From Mobula hypostoma (lineage: Eukaryota): DNA of 64,000 bases. The position numbers and the translations under genes are program-made. How positions within the stretch are numbered: position 1 is the stretch's first letter; every line of letters starts with the position of its first letter. The notes beneath the pieces were generated by a model that was given only the letters and a program-made list of their open reading frames with translations, was not told the origin of the DNA and ran no database searches. The stretch lies in assembly GCF_963921235.1 (NCBI RefSeq), contig NC_086097.1:157358001-157422000 (forward strand), read 5' to 3'. Below, piece by piece: positions 23,845 to 37,645 of this stretch.

Positions 23845-26800
23845 ACAACTGTGCAAGTGCGTGGACGTCAGCCGTTTAGAACAGTGAGAAGAGTTTAAAG
23901 GAGACAGCTTTATAGAATGGGCGCAGGAGAAGTGGACTACAGAGTAGAGGGAGACAGAGTAGGAGGGCATTGGCTCAACAGGGCTTCGGTGATAACGAGT
24001 CTAGATGAGGTATGTTACCTGTGTAGAATACAGACAAGAAGTATGTGTATGAGGCCGGTGTTCTGTGCTTGGTGTCAGATGTGGGAAGTCCGGGAGACTC
24101 CCAGCCTCTCAAACGGCTACATCTGCGCCAGGTGCATTCAGCTGCAGCTGCTTAGGGACCGCGTAAGGGAACTGGAGATGCAGCTCAATGTCCTTCGTCT
24201 GGTCAGGGAGGGTGAAAGGGTGATAGATAGGAGCTATAGGCAAGTAGTCACATCAGGGCCTCGGGAGACATATAAGTAGGTAACAGTCACAAGAGGGAAA
24301 GGCAAGAGTCAGATACTAGAGAGTACCCCGTGGCTGTCCCCCTTAACAATAAGTACTCCCGTTTGAGTACTTTTGTGGGGAACTGCCTACCTAGGGGAAG
24401 CAACAGTGGCTGTGCCTCTGGCGTAGAGTCTGGCCCTGTGGCTCAGAAGGGTAGGGAAAGGAAGAGGACGGCAGCAGTGATAAGGGACTCTATAGTTAGG
24501 GGGACAGACAGGTGATTTTGTGGACTCAGAAAAGAAACATGGATGGTAGTTTGCCTCCCAGGTGCCAGGGTCCGGGATGTTTCTGATCGCGTCCATGATA
24601 TCCTGAAGTGGGAAGGAGAACAGCCAGAGGTTGGGGTACATATTGGTATCAATGATATAGGCAGGAAAAGGAAGGAGGCCCTGATAGCAGACTACAGGGA
24701 GTTAGAAAGGAAGTTGAGAAGCAGGACCTCAAAGGTAGTAATCTCGGGATTACTGCCTGTGCCACGTGACAGTGAGTATAGGAATAGAATGAGGTGGAGG
24801 ATAAATGTGTGGCTGAGGGATTGGAGCAGGGGGCAGGGATTCAGATTCCTCGATTATTGGGACCTCTTCTGGGGCAGGTGTGACCTGTACAAAAAGGACA
24901 GGTTGCACTTGAATCCAAAGGGGACCAATACCCTGTTGTGGAGGTTTGCTACAGCTATTGGGGAGAGTTTAAACTAGAATTGCTGTGGGGGGTAGGAACA
25001 AAACTGAAGAGACGGAGAAAGAGGCGGTTGGCTCACAAATAGAGAAAGCTTGTAGACAGTGCGAGAGGGAGGATAGGCAATGATAGAGAAGGAACGCGCT
25101 CAGACCAGTGGTTTGAGATGTGTCTATTTGAACGCAAGGAGTATTATGAACAAAGAGGATGAGCTTAGAGTGTGGATCAGTTCTTGGAGCTATGATGTTG
25201 TGGCCATTACAGAGACTTGGATGGTTCAGGGGAAGGAATGGTTACTTAGAGTGCCAGACTATAGATGTTTCAGAAAGGACAGGGTGGGAGGCAAAAGAGG
25301 TGGGGGCGTGGCATTGCTGATCATAGATAGTGTCACGGCTGCAGAAAAGGAGAAAGTCATGGAGGGATTCTCTACTGCGTCTCTGTGTGTGGAAGTTAGG
25401 AACAGGAAGGAGTCAATAACACTACTGGGTGTTTTTTATAGACCACCCAGTAGTAACAGGGACATCGAGGAGCAGATAGGGCGATAGATTTTGGAAAGTT
25501 GTAATAATAACAGGGTTGTCATGGTGAGAGATTTTAATTTCCCAACTATTGATTGGCATCTCCCTAGAGCAAGGAGTTTAGATGGTATGGAGTTAGTTAG
25601 GTGTGTTCAGGAAGGTTTCTTGATACAATATGCAGATAAGCCTATAAGAGGAGAGGCTGTACTTGATCTGGTATTGGGAAATGAACCTGGTCAGGTGTCA
25701 GATCTCCCAGTGGGAGAGCATTTTGGAGATAGTGATCACAATTCTATCTCCTTTACCATAGCATTGGAGAGGGATAGGAACAGATAAGTTAGGAAAGCGT
25801 TTAATTGGAGTAAGGAGAAATATGCGGCTATCAGGCAGGAACTTGGAAGCATAAATTTGGAACAGGTGTTCTCAGGGAAATGTATGGCAGAAATGTGGCA
25901 AACATTCAGGGGATATTTGCGTGGAGTTCTGCATAGGTGCATTCCAATGATACAGGGAAAGGATGGTAGGGTACAGGACCCGTGGTGTACAAAGGCTGTT
26001 GTAAATCTAGTCAAGAAGAAAAGAAGAGCTTACGAAAGGTTCAAAAAACTAGGTAATGATAGCGATCCTGAAGATTATAAGTCCAGCAGGAAGGAGTTTA
26101 AGCATGAAATTAGAAGAGGCAGAAAGGGCCATGAGAAGGTCTTGGTGGACAGGATTAAGGAAAACCCCAATGCATTCTACAAGTGTGTGAAGAGAAAGAG
26201 GATAAGATGTGAGAAAATAGGGCCAATCAAGTGTGACAGTGGACAACTGTGTATGCAACTGGAGGAGATAGCAGAGGTACTTAAAGAATACTTTGCTTCA
26301 GTATTCACTACGAAAAAGGATCTTGTTGATTGTAGGGATGACTTACAGCAGATTGAAAAGCTTAAGTATATAGATATTATGAAATAGGTTGTACTGGAGC
26401 TTTAGGAAAGCATCAAATTGGTTAAGTCACCAGGACCGGATGAGATGTACCCCAGGCTACTGTGGGAGGCAAGGGAGGAGATTACTGAGCCTCTGGTGAT
26501 GATCTTTGCATCATCAATGAGGATGGGAGAGGTTCCAGAAGACTAGAGGGTTGTGGATATTGTTCCCTTATTCAAGAAAGAGAGTAGAGATAGCACAGGA
26601 AATTATAGGCCAGTGAGTCTTACTTCAGTGGTTGGAAGGTTGATGGAAAAGTTCCTGAGAGGCAGGATTTATGAACATTTGGAGAGGCATAATAGTCAGC
26701 ATGCTTTGTCAAAGGCAGGTCATGCCTTACGAGCCTGATTGAATTTTTTGAGGATGTGATTAAACACATTGATGAAGGTAGAGCAGTAGATGTAGTGTAT

Positions 26801-27543
26801 ATGGATTTCAGCAAGGCATTTGATAAAGTACCCCATGCAAGGCTTATTGAGAAAGTAAAGAGGCATGGGATACAAAGGGACATTGCTTTGTGGTTCCGGA
26901 ATCGGCTTGCCCACAGAATGCAAAGTGTGGTTGTAGATGGGTCATATTCTGCATGGAGGTCAAAGAACAGTGATGTGCCTCGGGGATCTGTTCTGGGACC
27001 CTTACTCTTCATGATTTTTATAAATGACCTGGATGAGGAAGTGGAGGGATGGGTTAGTAAATTTGCTGATGACACAAAGATTGGGGGTGTTGTGGATAGT
27101 GTGAAGGGCTGCCGAAGGTTTCAGCGGGACAGCGATAGCCTTTTCTCCTTGGAATGACTGAGGATGAGAGGTGACCTGATAGAGGTGTATAAGATGATGA
27201 GAGGCATTGATTGTATGGATAGTCAGAGGCTTTTTCCCTGGGCTGATATGGCTAACATGAGAGGGCACAGTTTTAAGGTGCTTGGAAGTAGGTACAGAGG
27301 AGATGTCATGGTAAGTTTTTTACGCAGAGAGTGGTGAGTGCGTGGAATGGGCTACCAGCAACGGTGGTGTAGGGAGATGTGATAGGGTCTTTTAAGAGTC
27401 TCCTGGATAGGTACATGCAGCTTAGAAAAAGAGAGGGCAATAGGTAAATGTAGGTAATTTCTATAGTAAGGACATGTTCGGCCCAGCTTTGTGGGCCGAA
27501 GGGCTTCTATTGTGCTGCAGACTTTCTATGTTTCTATATTCTA
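23845..27543 (+). mobile_element. CR1 LINE subfamily 2, near full length, with ~430-bp internal deletion in RT
   Basis: ORF1 CAWCQMW...YICARC zinc finger and esterase; endonuclease and RT with several stops; junction at ~27137 skips sequence equivalent to 46838-47268; tail tttctatgtttcta. Confidence 0.95.
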
Positions 27544-28019
27544 CATTCAATTATTCAACATTGACATCATGAGTTGAAAGAAGTGCTTTATATAACATAA
27601 GTACAGAACATAGGTCATTGAAAATAGTGTAAAGGAACAGCCTTTGGGTGTACATTACCAAATTTAAGCTGGTGGTTAATTTAAAAGGTCAGGGAGGGGC
27701 CGGTTCAGATCATGGCTCGAAATAGCAGAACCTGATATTTGGATGGAGAGTTAGGCGCTGGGCCAGATTGAGATTGAAAAGGACTGGGAGTCAGCCTGAG
27801 GTAACAAATGGGCTGATTAACATTGCTGCTCCATGACACTTACTCAGCTCTGCACTGAACTATGGGATTCTCTTTGTGGACTTCAGTTCAGAAATGCTCT
27901 TTGCTTGAAGTTACTGTTTGCATGATTTTTAAAAAAATGGTCATTGGGTGATATTTTATTTTTTTGTGAGCATGATGTGTTTTTTTAAATCTCTGCACAT
28001 TGGGTGTTAGTGCACTCGT

Positions 28020-28020
<1 letters not shown>

Positions 28021-28070
<50 letters not shown>
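28021..28070 (+). repeat. (CT)25 microsatellite
   Basis: Perfect dinucleotide run inside a degraded interspersed repeat. Confidence 0.98.
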
Positions 28071-28081
<11 letters not shown>

Positions 28082-28179
28082 TCTGCTTTGTGGCTGCCTG
28101 TTAGGATATGAATCTCAAGATTGTATAACGTATACATACTTTTATAATGAATGTACTTTGAACTTAATTAGACTAATCC

Positions 28180-28685
28180 CTCCTCCCAGCATGTGGTTCA
28201 TATCCTGTCATTCTCTTCATATTTATGTGCAGATTGACTCTCAGACACGTGTAATATCTGCCTTTATCACCAACCCTGACAGTCCATTTCAGGCATGCAC
28301 CTGTGCACAATGTACATTCACCTCTCACATTAAATGCATTCCTTCTAGTATTAGATGATTTAATCCTGGGAAGAAGATACTCGCTGTCTACTCTATCTAT
28401 ATTTATCTCTCATAATTTTTCCAAGATTCTGCTGTACATCAATGCTGTTAATTGCCCTGTCATTAACTGTGTACTTTCCCTTAATATTTGATCTCTCAAT
28501 GTCAATATCTCACACTTTTCTGGATTAAACTCCATCTGCCATTTCTCCACCCATATCTACAACTGATCCATATACCTTTTGGCAATCCTCTACACTATTC
28601 ACAATGCCACCAGTCTTTGTGTTATCTGCAAATCTACTAACTCATTCTCATTTAAGCCATTTACATAACACCCAAACAGCAGAGC
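28180..28685 (-). mobile_element. Degraded CR1 3' fragment
   Basis: ccagtctttgtgttatctgcaaat (reverse complement of FADNTK) and ttaaactccatctgccat (reverse complement of WQMEFN). Confidence 0.65.
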
Positions 28686-28894
28686 ACACACTAAATGTGA
28701 GCCTTTCTTGCTTTAATATTGGCACATAGTCTAACAATTCAATTCGCTGTAACATAACAGTTCCAGTTAGAACTTAAAGACTTCTCCCTTAACTGGGGAG
28801 AAGAATGTGGAAGCTAATTAAGACAAAGATCTGTTGATATTCTGCAGCATTTCTGTATCATAAAGGAAGACGGTTTTAAAAAATATTGTCATGC

Positions 28895-29900
28895 ATAAAG
28901 GTAAATAAATTCCCAGGACCTGAAAGGGGAGGAAAGAATGAGACAGCTGAAGCTGTAGGAGGGATTTTTGCATTTTCATTAGCTATGGGTGAAATATCAG
29001 AAGACTAGATGATAGTTTGTCCTTTATTCTACAGTAATGAGAGGCCTGGAAACTACAGGTCAATTAGCCTTACATCAGTGATGGAGAAAATTTTGAGGAA
29101 GATGATTTATGTTCACTTGGACAGGCAGAAACTAATAAGGAGTCAACACATTTTTGCATAGAAGGGATCATGTCTATCAAAATTAACTGAATCTTTTGAG
29201 GAGGTAACTGGAAAAATTGACATGGGCAATGCAATAAACATGGTTTCAATCCACTTCAATGAGACTATTGATAAGATCCAGCATAGGTAGCCTTGTTCAG
29301 AAGGTCAGGGATCTGAAATGTGTTAGCAAACTGGATCCAAACTTGGCTTGGTGACGGGCTGTAAATAGTTGTGCATGAGTGGGTGTTTATCAGACTGGAA
29401 CAAGTAGTGTACCACAGGCATTTGAGCTGGGGTCTTTGATGTTTGTGATATATTGTATATAGATTGCATAAGAATGTAGGTGGTGCAACTCATATGTTTG
29501 CAGACATGAAAATTGGTGGAGTCCTCGATTGCAATAAAAGCTGTCCATAGCAAGACATCGATTAGTGGGAGAGTTGGGCAGAGTAACGGCAGATGGAAAA
29601 TCTTTGGGAAATCCAATCCTAGTTGGATACACAGAGATAATGACGGAAATGCCAGGATAATTGATAGAGAGTGGAACCTTGAAGTGAAAGTACATAGTTC
29701 TCTGAAAATGGAGACACAGGTGGATAAGGCAGTGAAGAAAGCATGAACTTGCCTTCATAGGCTAAAATTTGAGCATAAAAATTGGGACGTCATATTGTAA
29801 ATGCATGAAATATTGGTTGGAATGCAATAGTAGTATTGTTTACACGTCTGGTCATCACACAACAGGAAGGATGTGGACACAGAGAGGAGATTAATTTGAC
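28895..29900 (+). mobile_element. Degraded CR1 RT fragment
   Basis: PGNYRSISLTSV, FAD-like and VHSSLKMETQVDKAVKKA segments. Confidence 0.75.
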
Positions 29901-30134
29901 AGGGCTGAGAGATGGATGTGCAGCAGGGCTATCAATGGGCCCACCCCTCGAGCTAGCTGCATCAGACGGTCCCAGTAGCAGACAGCTGCTTTTTAGCCAG
30001 TGAACCTCAGCCATTCACCACTTTTATTCGTTGGCAATAGTGTACTTTATATAAGTACTAGAGAAAGAAAATGACTTTTAAGAAAAGCAGTGTAGATTGA
30101 CAGTTCAAAGAAAATAATGGAAATGTAAAAAATA

Positions 30135-30370
30135 AATGCAGATGCAGGAAAACTGAAATAAACAGAAAATGCATGACATATGCCCCATTTAAGGCAGCAT
30201 TACAAAGAGAGAAAAATGATCACAGATCAGGTTGACAGTCTTTTATTAGAATAAGTGTCCCTTTCTTATAGAACCTGATTAAAGTTCATCAACTTGAAAG
30301 ATTAACTCTATTTCTCTCTCCACAAATGATGCCCGACGACCTCACTATTTCCAGCATTCTCTGTTTCAAT
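30135..30370. mobile_element. Old PLE-terminus fold-back remnant
   Basis: tgcagatgcaggaaaactgaaataaacagaaaatgc at the left and tttccagcattctctgtttc at the right; decayed ctgatta...tgaaag core. Confidence 0.5.
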
Positions 30371-33300
30371 TAAATGATTGCACTGTGGTCTCACTTTTAA
30401 CTTCCCATACATTAATCTGAACTGTGGAAAGAGATATAAAATTAATTCCTGATACTTTCACCTTGAATTCTTAATAAATTCTCTTTCTTACTTCAGAACA
30501 TTTTGCAGCCATTATTTAGTCAATGGAATTGTTACATTTCATAAGAATCAAGACAACCCTCACACAGGGGAAAAATAAACCTCAGGTTATCATAGCTTTC
30601 ACAGAAATGCAATTAAGATAATTGAAGCAGCTTTGCAAAACTATCTTTAGTGTATAATTTTAGAGAGAAATGGTAGACAGGGCATTAATGTCACCTTTTG
30701 ACACCCACACACAAGGGAAAGTCAAAATTGCAATCTGAGACAAAATTAGAATAGAAAGAACAAAATAATTTCTTACTGAAGCAACTGGCAAAGTGAAAAG
30801 TATCATCTGATCCAATTGATCATAACAACTCTTTATATTCATTCCAAACTATGTTAGGGGAGCTGACTAATCTATGAGCACCAGATCAAATTCCTTGAAG
30901 ATCCAAATGTTTATTTGTACACTACCTTTTTGGAGTAGTTTAATTGATCAGAAAATAAGCAAGTTATCTGAGTTTAAAATGTTCAAATCTTTATCCATCA
31001 GTATAAGTGGGGGAAAACTGCATTTCTAATTTGTTATCAAAATATTATTGTTGCCAATTATAAAATGTCACAAACGTTAATGCTATTCTAATGTTCTATT
31101 AAAAATCTACACACGTGATTTGGAACGAAAGCCAGGAAGCATTATGTGGCTTTCTTCTGGATTCTTCTAAGCCTCAGTGTATTTTGCTTCTGGTGAACTG
31201 CCAACCTTGCTGAAAACCTGATTAAATTGTGTGGAGGATTCAAATGAGTCATCAGGCATCACTGTTACATTTTAATTAGATCTTCATTTGCCTTGGACAA
31301 AGAGCTAGTCATGCTGGCTCAAAGCATCTTCTGAATAGTGCAGTCAGTGCAGATTCAGAGGTATCCACATTCCGCTGCTTTAACCCAACAAGTGCTCTGC
31401 TCTTGTTGAGGACTAGGGATTTAATTTGGTCCACTAATGACCAGCTTACTCAGACTATAGCTATACCCATCATTAACCTTCTGATTCCAGTCTGAAACCA
31501 TTTTTCTAATTTTATGTCCTCATTGCTATGTGGATGAACCACCATAAATTTGTTGAATCAGTTTAAGCCAGGGATATTTGATTGTGAGAAATGAAATTTA
31601 GATGACTGTAAGGCAAATAATCATGTCCTCATATTCTTGTAGGTTCTTAAATACTGCATGAATAACCACGGGAACCTTAAGTACAATCTTTAAAAACATA
31701 TATTCCTATCACATACATCCTGAGACTTATTTACCTACTGCTTCCTTTCAAGCAGTTGCAGCAATATCGAATTTTCTCTCTAAGTGTGTGACCTTACAGC
31801 GATTAGCCAATTTCATAGTAGAAGCTTGTATTGAATGTCTAATCAGGATGACTCCGGGAGATTGAAGGCTGACTGTGTGTTTAATGAGCACTGAAGTGTT
31901 CTTGTCTATATCTATGTACGTTGCAAAAAACCTACCCCAGAGTGGCAAAGAATGCAGGACTAATAGTATCACCATATGTTGAAGCACATAAAATTGGTTG
32001 CATCGTTTAGTCAAGGGATCCCTTTCATTTCATATAATAAAAATCAGCCGTCTGGATTTCTCGTAGACAAATCAATACCACAGTAACTAAAAGACAAAGG
32101 AAACTTAAGCCAACATATTTCAAAGAATGCATACCCACTCTCTACTATGACAGTAACTGCCCCATGTCATGCAAGCTGAGAAAATTTATGGCAACGGTGA
32201 AAGGTTTCATACTGGTTTATTGTACAATGAGATTTTAGAAAATGAAGGCATATGGCTCAGTCAGCCAACAGCAAATTATGCTTGATTATTACTGCCAGTT
32301 AAAGGCTATGATCCAAAAGGTCATGACACCTCAGGGAGAAGGCTAATCCTTAGCTGATGGATGTAACTTATTTAGCCTTTTGTTTTGGAAAATAGTGCAA
32401 CTGCCATTTCTAGTCTGGCATAACCATGCTATTTATAGCCAGCTTATTTATATAATCAAACAGAGGCGTTCAGCAGTTATTTCACATGACTGCACAATTC
32501 CCAATATTGAGAAGAGCAATAGCTTTTGAATTGACAGAACACGCCTGCAGCACAGAAAACATTTGTGATTATGCAAACAGGAGATGATAGAAACAATGTA
32601 CTGAAAAGCTTTTGAAAATGCACACAAAGTTCCACTTTAGGTACTTGTCAGTTTTTGAAGCCAGTGGAGAATATGGGCTTTAAACCCCAATTTAGCAATC
32701 TTGTGATTCGTTAAACAATTTTGTAAGCACCCTGCACAATAACAAACTGCTGTCTTCACAGGCTAACCTGTTTGAGGAATAGTACACAGTCTTGATCAAT
32801 TTAAATAGCCCAGGGATCACATTAAATCATCAGCAGTTCTACATTGTTCTGCTGGTACTGTATTTAGCTTCCACCCTGTTTGTTAGGTTTGGAGCTCCCC
32901 CACCAAAATGTACATCCCAATGTTGCAGGCTAGGTTCACAGCTGAACTCCAACACAGTAAACCATAGGAAGTCCAGTGATAGAGCAGGAAATTATTGCAT
33001 TCTCTGTCACTTTGCCTGAGAGATCTACGTGTTGAACTTGCACCAGGTTGGATCATTTGACTGGCATGATATTTATCTGCCTCAGCATTCATTTCTTCCA
33101 CCAGGTGGCTGCAGTGTGTGACACCTACAAAATAGTTACTCATCTAGGCTTATTTAGCAGCGTCTCCCAACCCTCAGTCTCAACCATAAAGAAGGCCGTC
33201 AGTTGGTCCATGCACAAACCACTCCCTACAGAGACCCCTTACTGATTTCATCACCATCGCTGGGTCTAAATCCTGAAAATCCCATTGCAACATAAATAGA

Positions 33301-36300
33301 GAAGGGCATCAATGATTCAAGAAGCAGCTTGCTGCTATCTTCCAAAGTGTAAAAGAGAATAGACAATAAATTCCAGCCTGACCAGTGATACATTTTTCAA
33401 ATAAATGGATTCAAAAAGTCTCTACAAAGGTTCTTCTCATAATTACTATCCAGAAACTGCTCTTGGGAAGAATATGTATGGACAAAGGACATGAAGATCT
33501 GGGCTGATCATTATCATCCTTACAGCACCCACAGGAGAGGAAGGCAGGAGTCTGAGACAATGATTAAGAAAATTTAAAGACAATATTAGAAACAAGATCT
33601 GAACATAAAACGGTGACCAGAGCATTTCTCAACAATTTTCAAAGAAAGATGGCACTTCCATGAAGAATCAATTGAGAATTATGAAGATATTTACAATGAA
33701 TTTAATAACAATGGCACAGGTATACACCTTTGATAATTACTTCACTGGCAGATATTGTAGATTTTAAGTAGAAAACGCTAAATCTCAATCTTCTATTACA
33801 TTTCACGGTTCACTGCTTCTTTTGCCAAAAGGACTTGTAGAAAATTCTCAATGCACTTAGAGTAGGAAACACTCATCAAGCAAGACACATCTCTGGAGAG
33901 AACAGGCCACTTGGTAACTCTGGCACAGACTTAGGTTCATCACTGTTTAAAAAGAAAGTCTATCCAAATAACTGGCTCATTCTTTCAATCAGCATTATCC
34001 AGTTTGCTGTACTTCTAACTTTTCAAGACTTTCTTTCAGATTTTTGACGTCTGGCTTTTTTTTTAATAAGAAAATGTTTTCTTTACATATTAAATGTATA
34101 CAACATTTTTTTTGAATAAGGGGATCAGAAAACATGTGTTTTGAACACTAATGAGCTAAGCCTTGTTGAATACCCCAGAAATTTAACTGATTTGTAATTA
34201 ATCTGTTGATAAGACTCATACCTGCTTTTCTTTTGAAAATTGATCCAGTACTGATGCACCTGCATTAGAGAAATTCATCCTTTCAAATCACTACTCAAAA
34301 TTTGAAATATGAAATAAAATTTACTCACAGAATTTATGTGAAAAAATTCACCTCAAACATTTTCTTTCAACTTGCATTTCCAGACACGTGCAAAAGATGT
34401 GGTTTTGCATTATGGAAAGTTGGAATAAGGCTGATTTTCAAGATGACACCTCCATAATGAAAAAGCTGGCTGTACTATGTTGAAGACTATGACAGAATTA
34501 ATATAATCTTATCAAGGCATTCCAAATCCCTAACCATTAGCTGAATAGAAAATTACCTTTATGATCTCTTAGGTTCTAATGCCAATTAAATTAAATCTCT
34601 GCTTATGGAACCATCAACTAGCAGTTTTACTTTATTCACTTCTGGGTGAAAAAAATGATATTTCTGTCAAAAAAGATTAGTATGAGTTCTCAATGGGTTG
34701 ACTGGATTGAAGATTATGGATCTGGGCTGGATGGAAGGGTGGGCAGAAAATAGCGCAGAGACCAGGAAGAAGAGTGATCATTCAGATGGGGGCGGGAAGG
34801 GTGGAATTGGTGGGTTTGGGTGGATTAATTGGGGTGAGAGACTATAGTAGACAGTGGTCATCGGGTTGGGAGATTGGTAGGGTAATTGATGGGTCAGGAA
34901 GTGGAGATCCATATTCCATGACATCAATGGATTTGTGGTGAGAATCTGTAGGTGATAGTTATGAGGTTAAGTTTGACAATTGATGCTTTGGTAAAGAGAT
35001 CAGTGGGTTTGGTGGGAGATACATTGTGGTCGGGGAGATAGGTAAGTTTAGGCAGAAAATTTATTGCATTGCGATTGATTGATGGGTCAAGGGGGATTCC
35101 CATGTGTCAGGAGGTGTGGTGGTGGATTATCAGAGATTTGTGAGGTAGGTCATTGGCTTAAAGGGGAAGACTTGTGGAACAATGCCAAAACTAATTGTTA
35201 CTACCTCAGTTTTAGTCACCCTGGTTCAATGCTAAACTTGGCTACTGTCTGTTCTCCCAGTGACCATGTTCTTCAGGTGTTCTGGTTTCCTCCCGCATTC
35301 CAAGGGCTCGCAGGTTGGTAGTTTCACTGTCTACTGCAAATTGGTAGAATCTAGGAGGAACAGAGGGGATGTGAAGAGGCAGAGAAAATTATGAATGGAT
35401 TTGCTCTGAGCTGGCATAGACTACATGGGCTGAATTGTTTGTCTTTTATGTCTTGACAAAACATGGTGAGTTATGTGAAGCCATTGTTGGGCAGTGGGGG
35501 TATCAACAGGTTAGGGAAGGCAAGAGATTGCTGGGTTGAGTGGGAGATTAGAGATATTCAGTATATTGGACATGAATCTGGGGAGAGGTATGTCACTACT
35601 CTCAAGAAAGCTAACAATAATCATATCCAGTTAACTAAGTCCACCACCCTGCTTCCAAGGTGAATGACAGTATCATCCCATTGAATGGTGTGGATGGAAA
35701 TTACATCAGTTCCAAAAGGTGAATTATCACTGAAAACATCCAGCAGAAATTCTAGAGTGGTTCAATTCCTTTTTGAAATCAGTTTTCAGAACTGGAGAAA
35801 TGAAAGGCACATTTCAATTTCTGGTTTTTAAAAAGCAACCTGAAGGAGTAACTGAAGTGTGTGATTACTGATGGACCTTCTACTGAGGACAGGAAACCAG
35901 TTAAATCCAACCCTTCCTTACAATCACAGGACGAGTCAAGAAACAATGATCCTTCACTATTTCATTTGTTTCCTCCTTGGGGGAAATCACAAAATTATAT
36001 TCGTCTTCTGTGGAGAATGGTTAAGTCAGCACACAGAAGCAAGTCAAGCTCAATTATACTTTATATTACACAGGAGAGTCCACTTTGATCCATCAAGTTC
36101 ATGTAGCCCACAGAGCAAACTCATTCCCCAGTAAATTTCCTTACAGCTGATTCACCATACATTCCTATCAACTCCACACAGACTCTGCCCCTTGCTTACA
36201 CTGAGGGCTATTTACAGTGGCCAATTAACCTAAAAATCTGCACACATTTTAGACATGACAGGAAGCCAGAGTACCAGAGAAAATAGGGAGAATCTCTAAA

Positions 36301-36704
36301 AATGGCACCGGAGGTCAGAACTGATCTTGGGTTGTTGGAGCTATGATCCATTAAACTACCCTCTCAATACAGTACAATACTGAACAAACTGCACGAAGTA
36401 GCTGGAGGTGTGGTCCAGCAATATCTATGGCAATATAGAAGAAAATGAAATTATCAAGAGTACTCATTATTCTCACACATCAAATAATGACAGGTAAATA
36501 TATCTAAGCGAAGCTCTGTTTCAAAGAACTGGCAGAGAGTTAATATCCCATGCTGTGAGAAAATGTGAGGATCCATTTTTTTTGAGCATTGATTCTTCAA
36601 ACGATTATTTCTGATAATAGTCACCAAATAAGTTTATGCTCATCTAGTTCTCATTTTTAGATCAGATATAATTTTTCCTGGTCCTTCATAATGAGTTTTA
36701 GTAA

Positions 36705-37447
36705 GTACACTACTTATAGTTTACATTTTTATTAGAAAGGACACATTCATTTGTGCTCTGAAAACTGTACAGAAAAACTGACAAACATGGATATAGGAAA
36801 CCAGTACCAGTTTAACCAACCATAAAAGTAGAATCTTGTAGGTCAACAATTATTAAACACGTGGCATAACATTAGCTTTACTCTGTTGTTGTACAGAACA
36901 CTGTTAAAGTTTGTTAACTTAACAGGAAAATTAAACACAGTAGAAAGATATTTAAGCTAAAAGTCAATAGGTGTAATAATTACATATTATACAGCAGGGT
37001 AGCCAAGGCCTTGTGCTTTCAATTTATATATCTAAAATCTTGACAGGTACATCACAGTTTTTAAGTATGTTCATTGTATTTACTATTTGAAATTTCATTT
37101 TTATATAATACACAATATGACAAGAAAATGCCATTAAATTTTGATGCAAAAAATGCTTGCATATCAAGCAATCAACACTAAACTGGTTACTTGTTTTTTT
37201 TTGTATATATTTATATATATATTTATATATATATATATAATTTGCCCATTACTGTCTTTGATAAGAGCTTCTGGACTACGAGTATTGAGTTCGCTAGCGT
37301 GTTTTCTCATTGCAGTGAGACAACACGACGCTGACTGCATCACAAGGTTTAAAACAATATCTCTCTGAGAACAAGATATCTGTACTGTATAAGGTTTCAA
37401 AAGAAACCAATCTGTTTTAAAATTTAAAAAAAAGGTCGCTCCTCAGA
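36705..37447 (-). other. ADGRB1: ADGRB1 3' UTR (predicted)
   Basis: AT-rich stretch free of interspersed repeats directly after the stop codon, ending near an AATAAA; the exact cleavage site is inferred. Confidence 0.7.
36728..36733 (-). terminator. Polyadenylation signal AATAAA (candidate)
   Basis: Plus-strand tttatt about 715 nt after the stop; TGTA motifs upstream in the transcript near 36768 and 36892. Confidence 0.6.
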
Positions 37448-37645
37448 TCAGACTTCAGTCTGAAGGTCAATGATGTCCTGTCCACCAAGTGGTATCGTAG
37501 CTCCTGTTTTCTCCCATTCCACTGTTCTCATTTCTAAGGGAGAATGCTGAGTGGGATCCAGTTCCTTTTTCAGCCATGTGGGTGGAGATTGTATTTTTCG
37601 GATCCCTTCCCAAGGCCGCTTGATTGGAGTCTGCTTCTCCTGCTG
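37448..37645 (-). CDS. ADGRB1: Adhesion GPCR B1 (BAI1), last coding exon
   Basis: Translates [65 protein letters not shown], matching my recollection of the BAI1 C-terminus ([21 protein letters not shown]2 and BAI3 end in GDFQTEV); phase 0 acceptor ...atattag. Confidence 0.95.
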   Translation of the reverse strand, partial: QQEKQTPIKRPWEGIRKIQSPPTWLKKELDPTQHSPLEMRTVEWEKTGATIPLGGQDIIDLQTEV

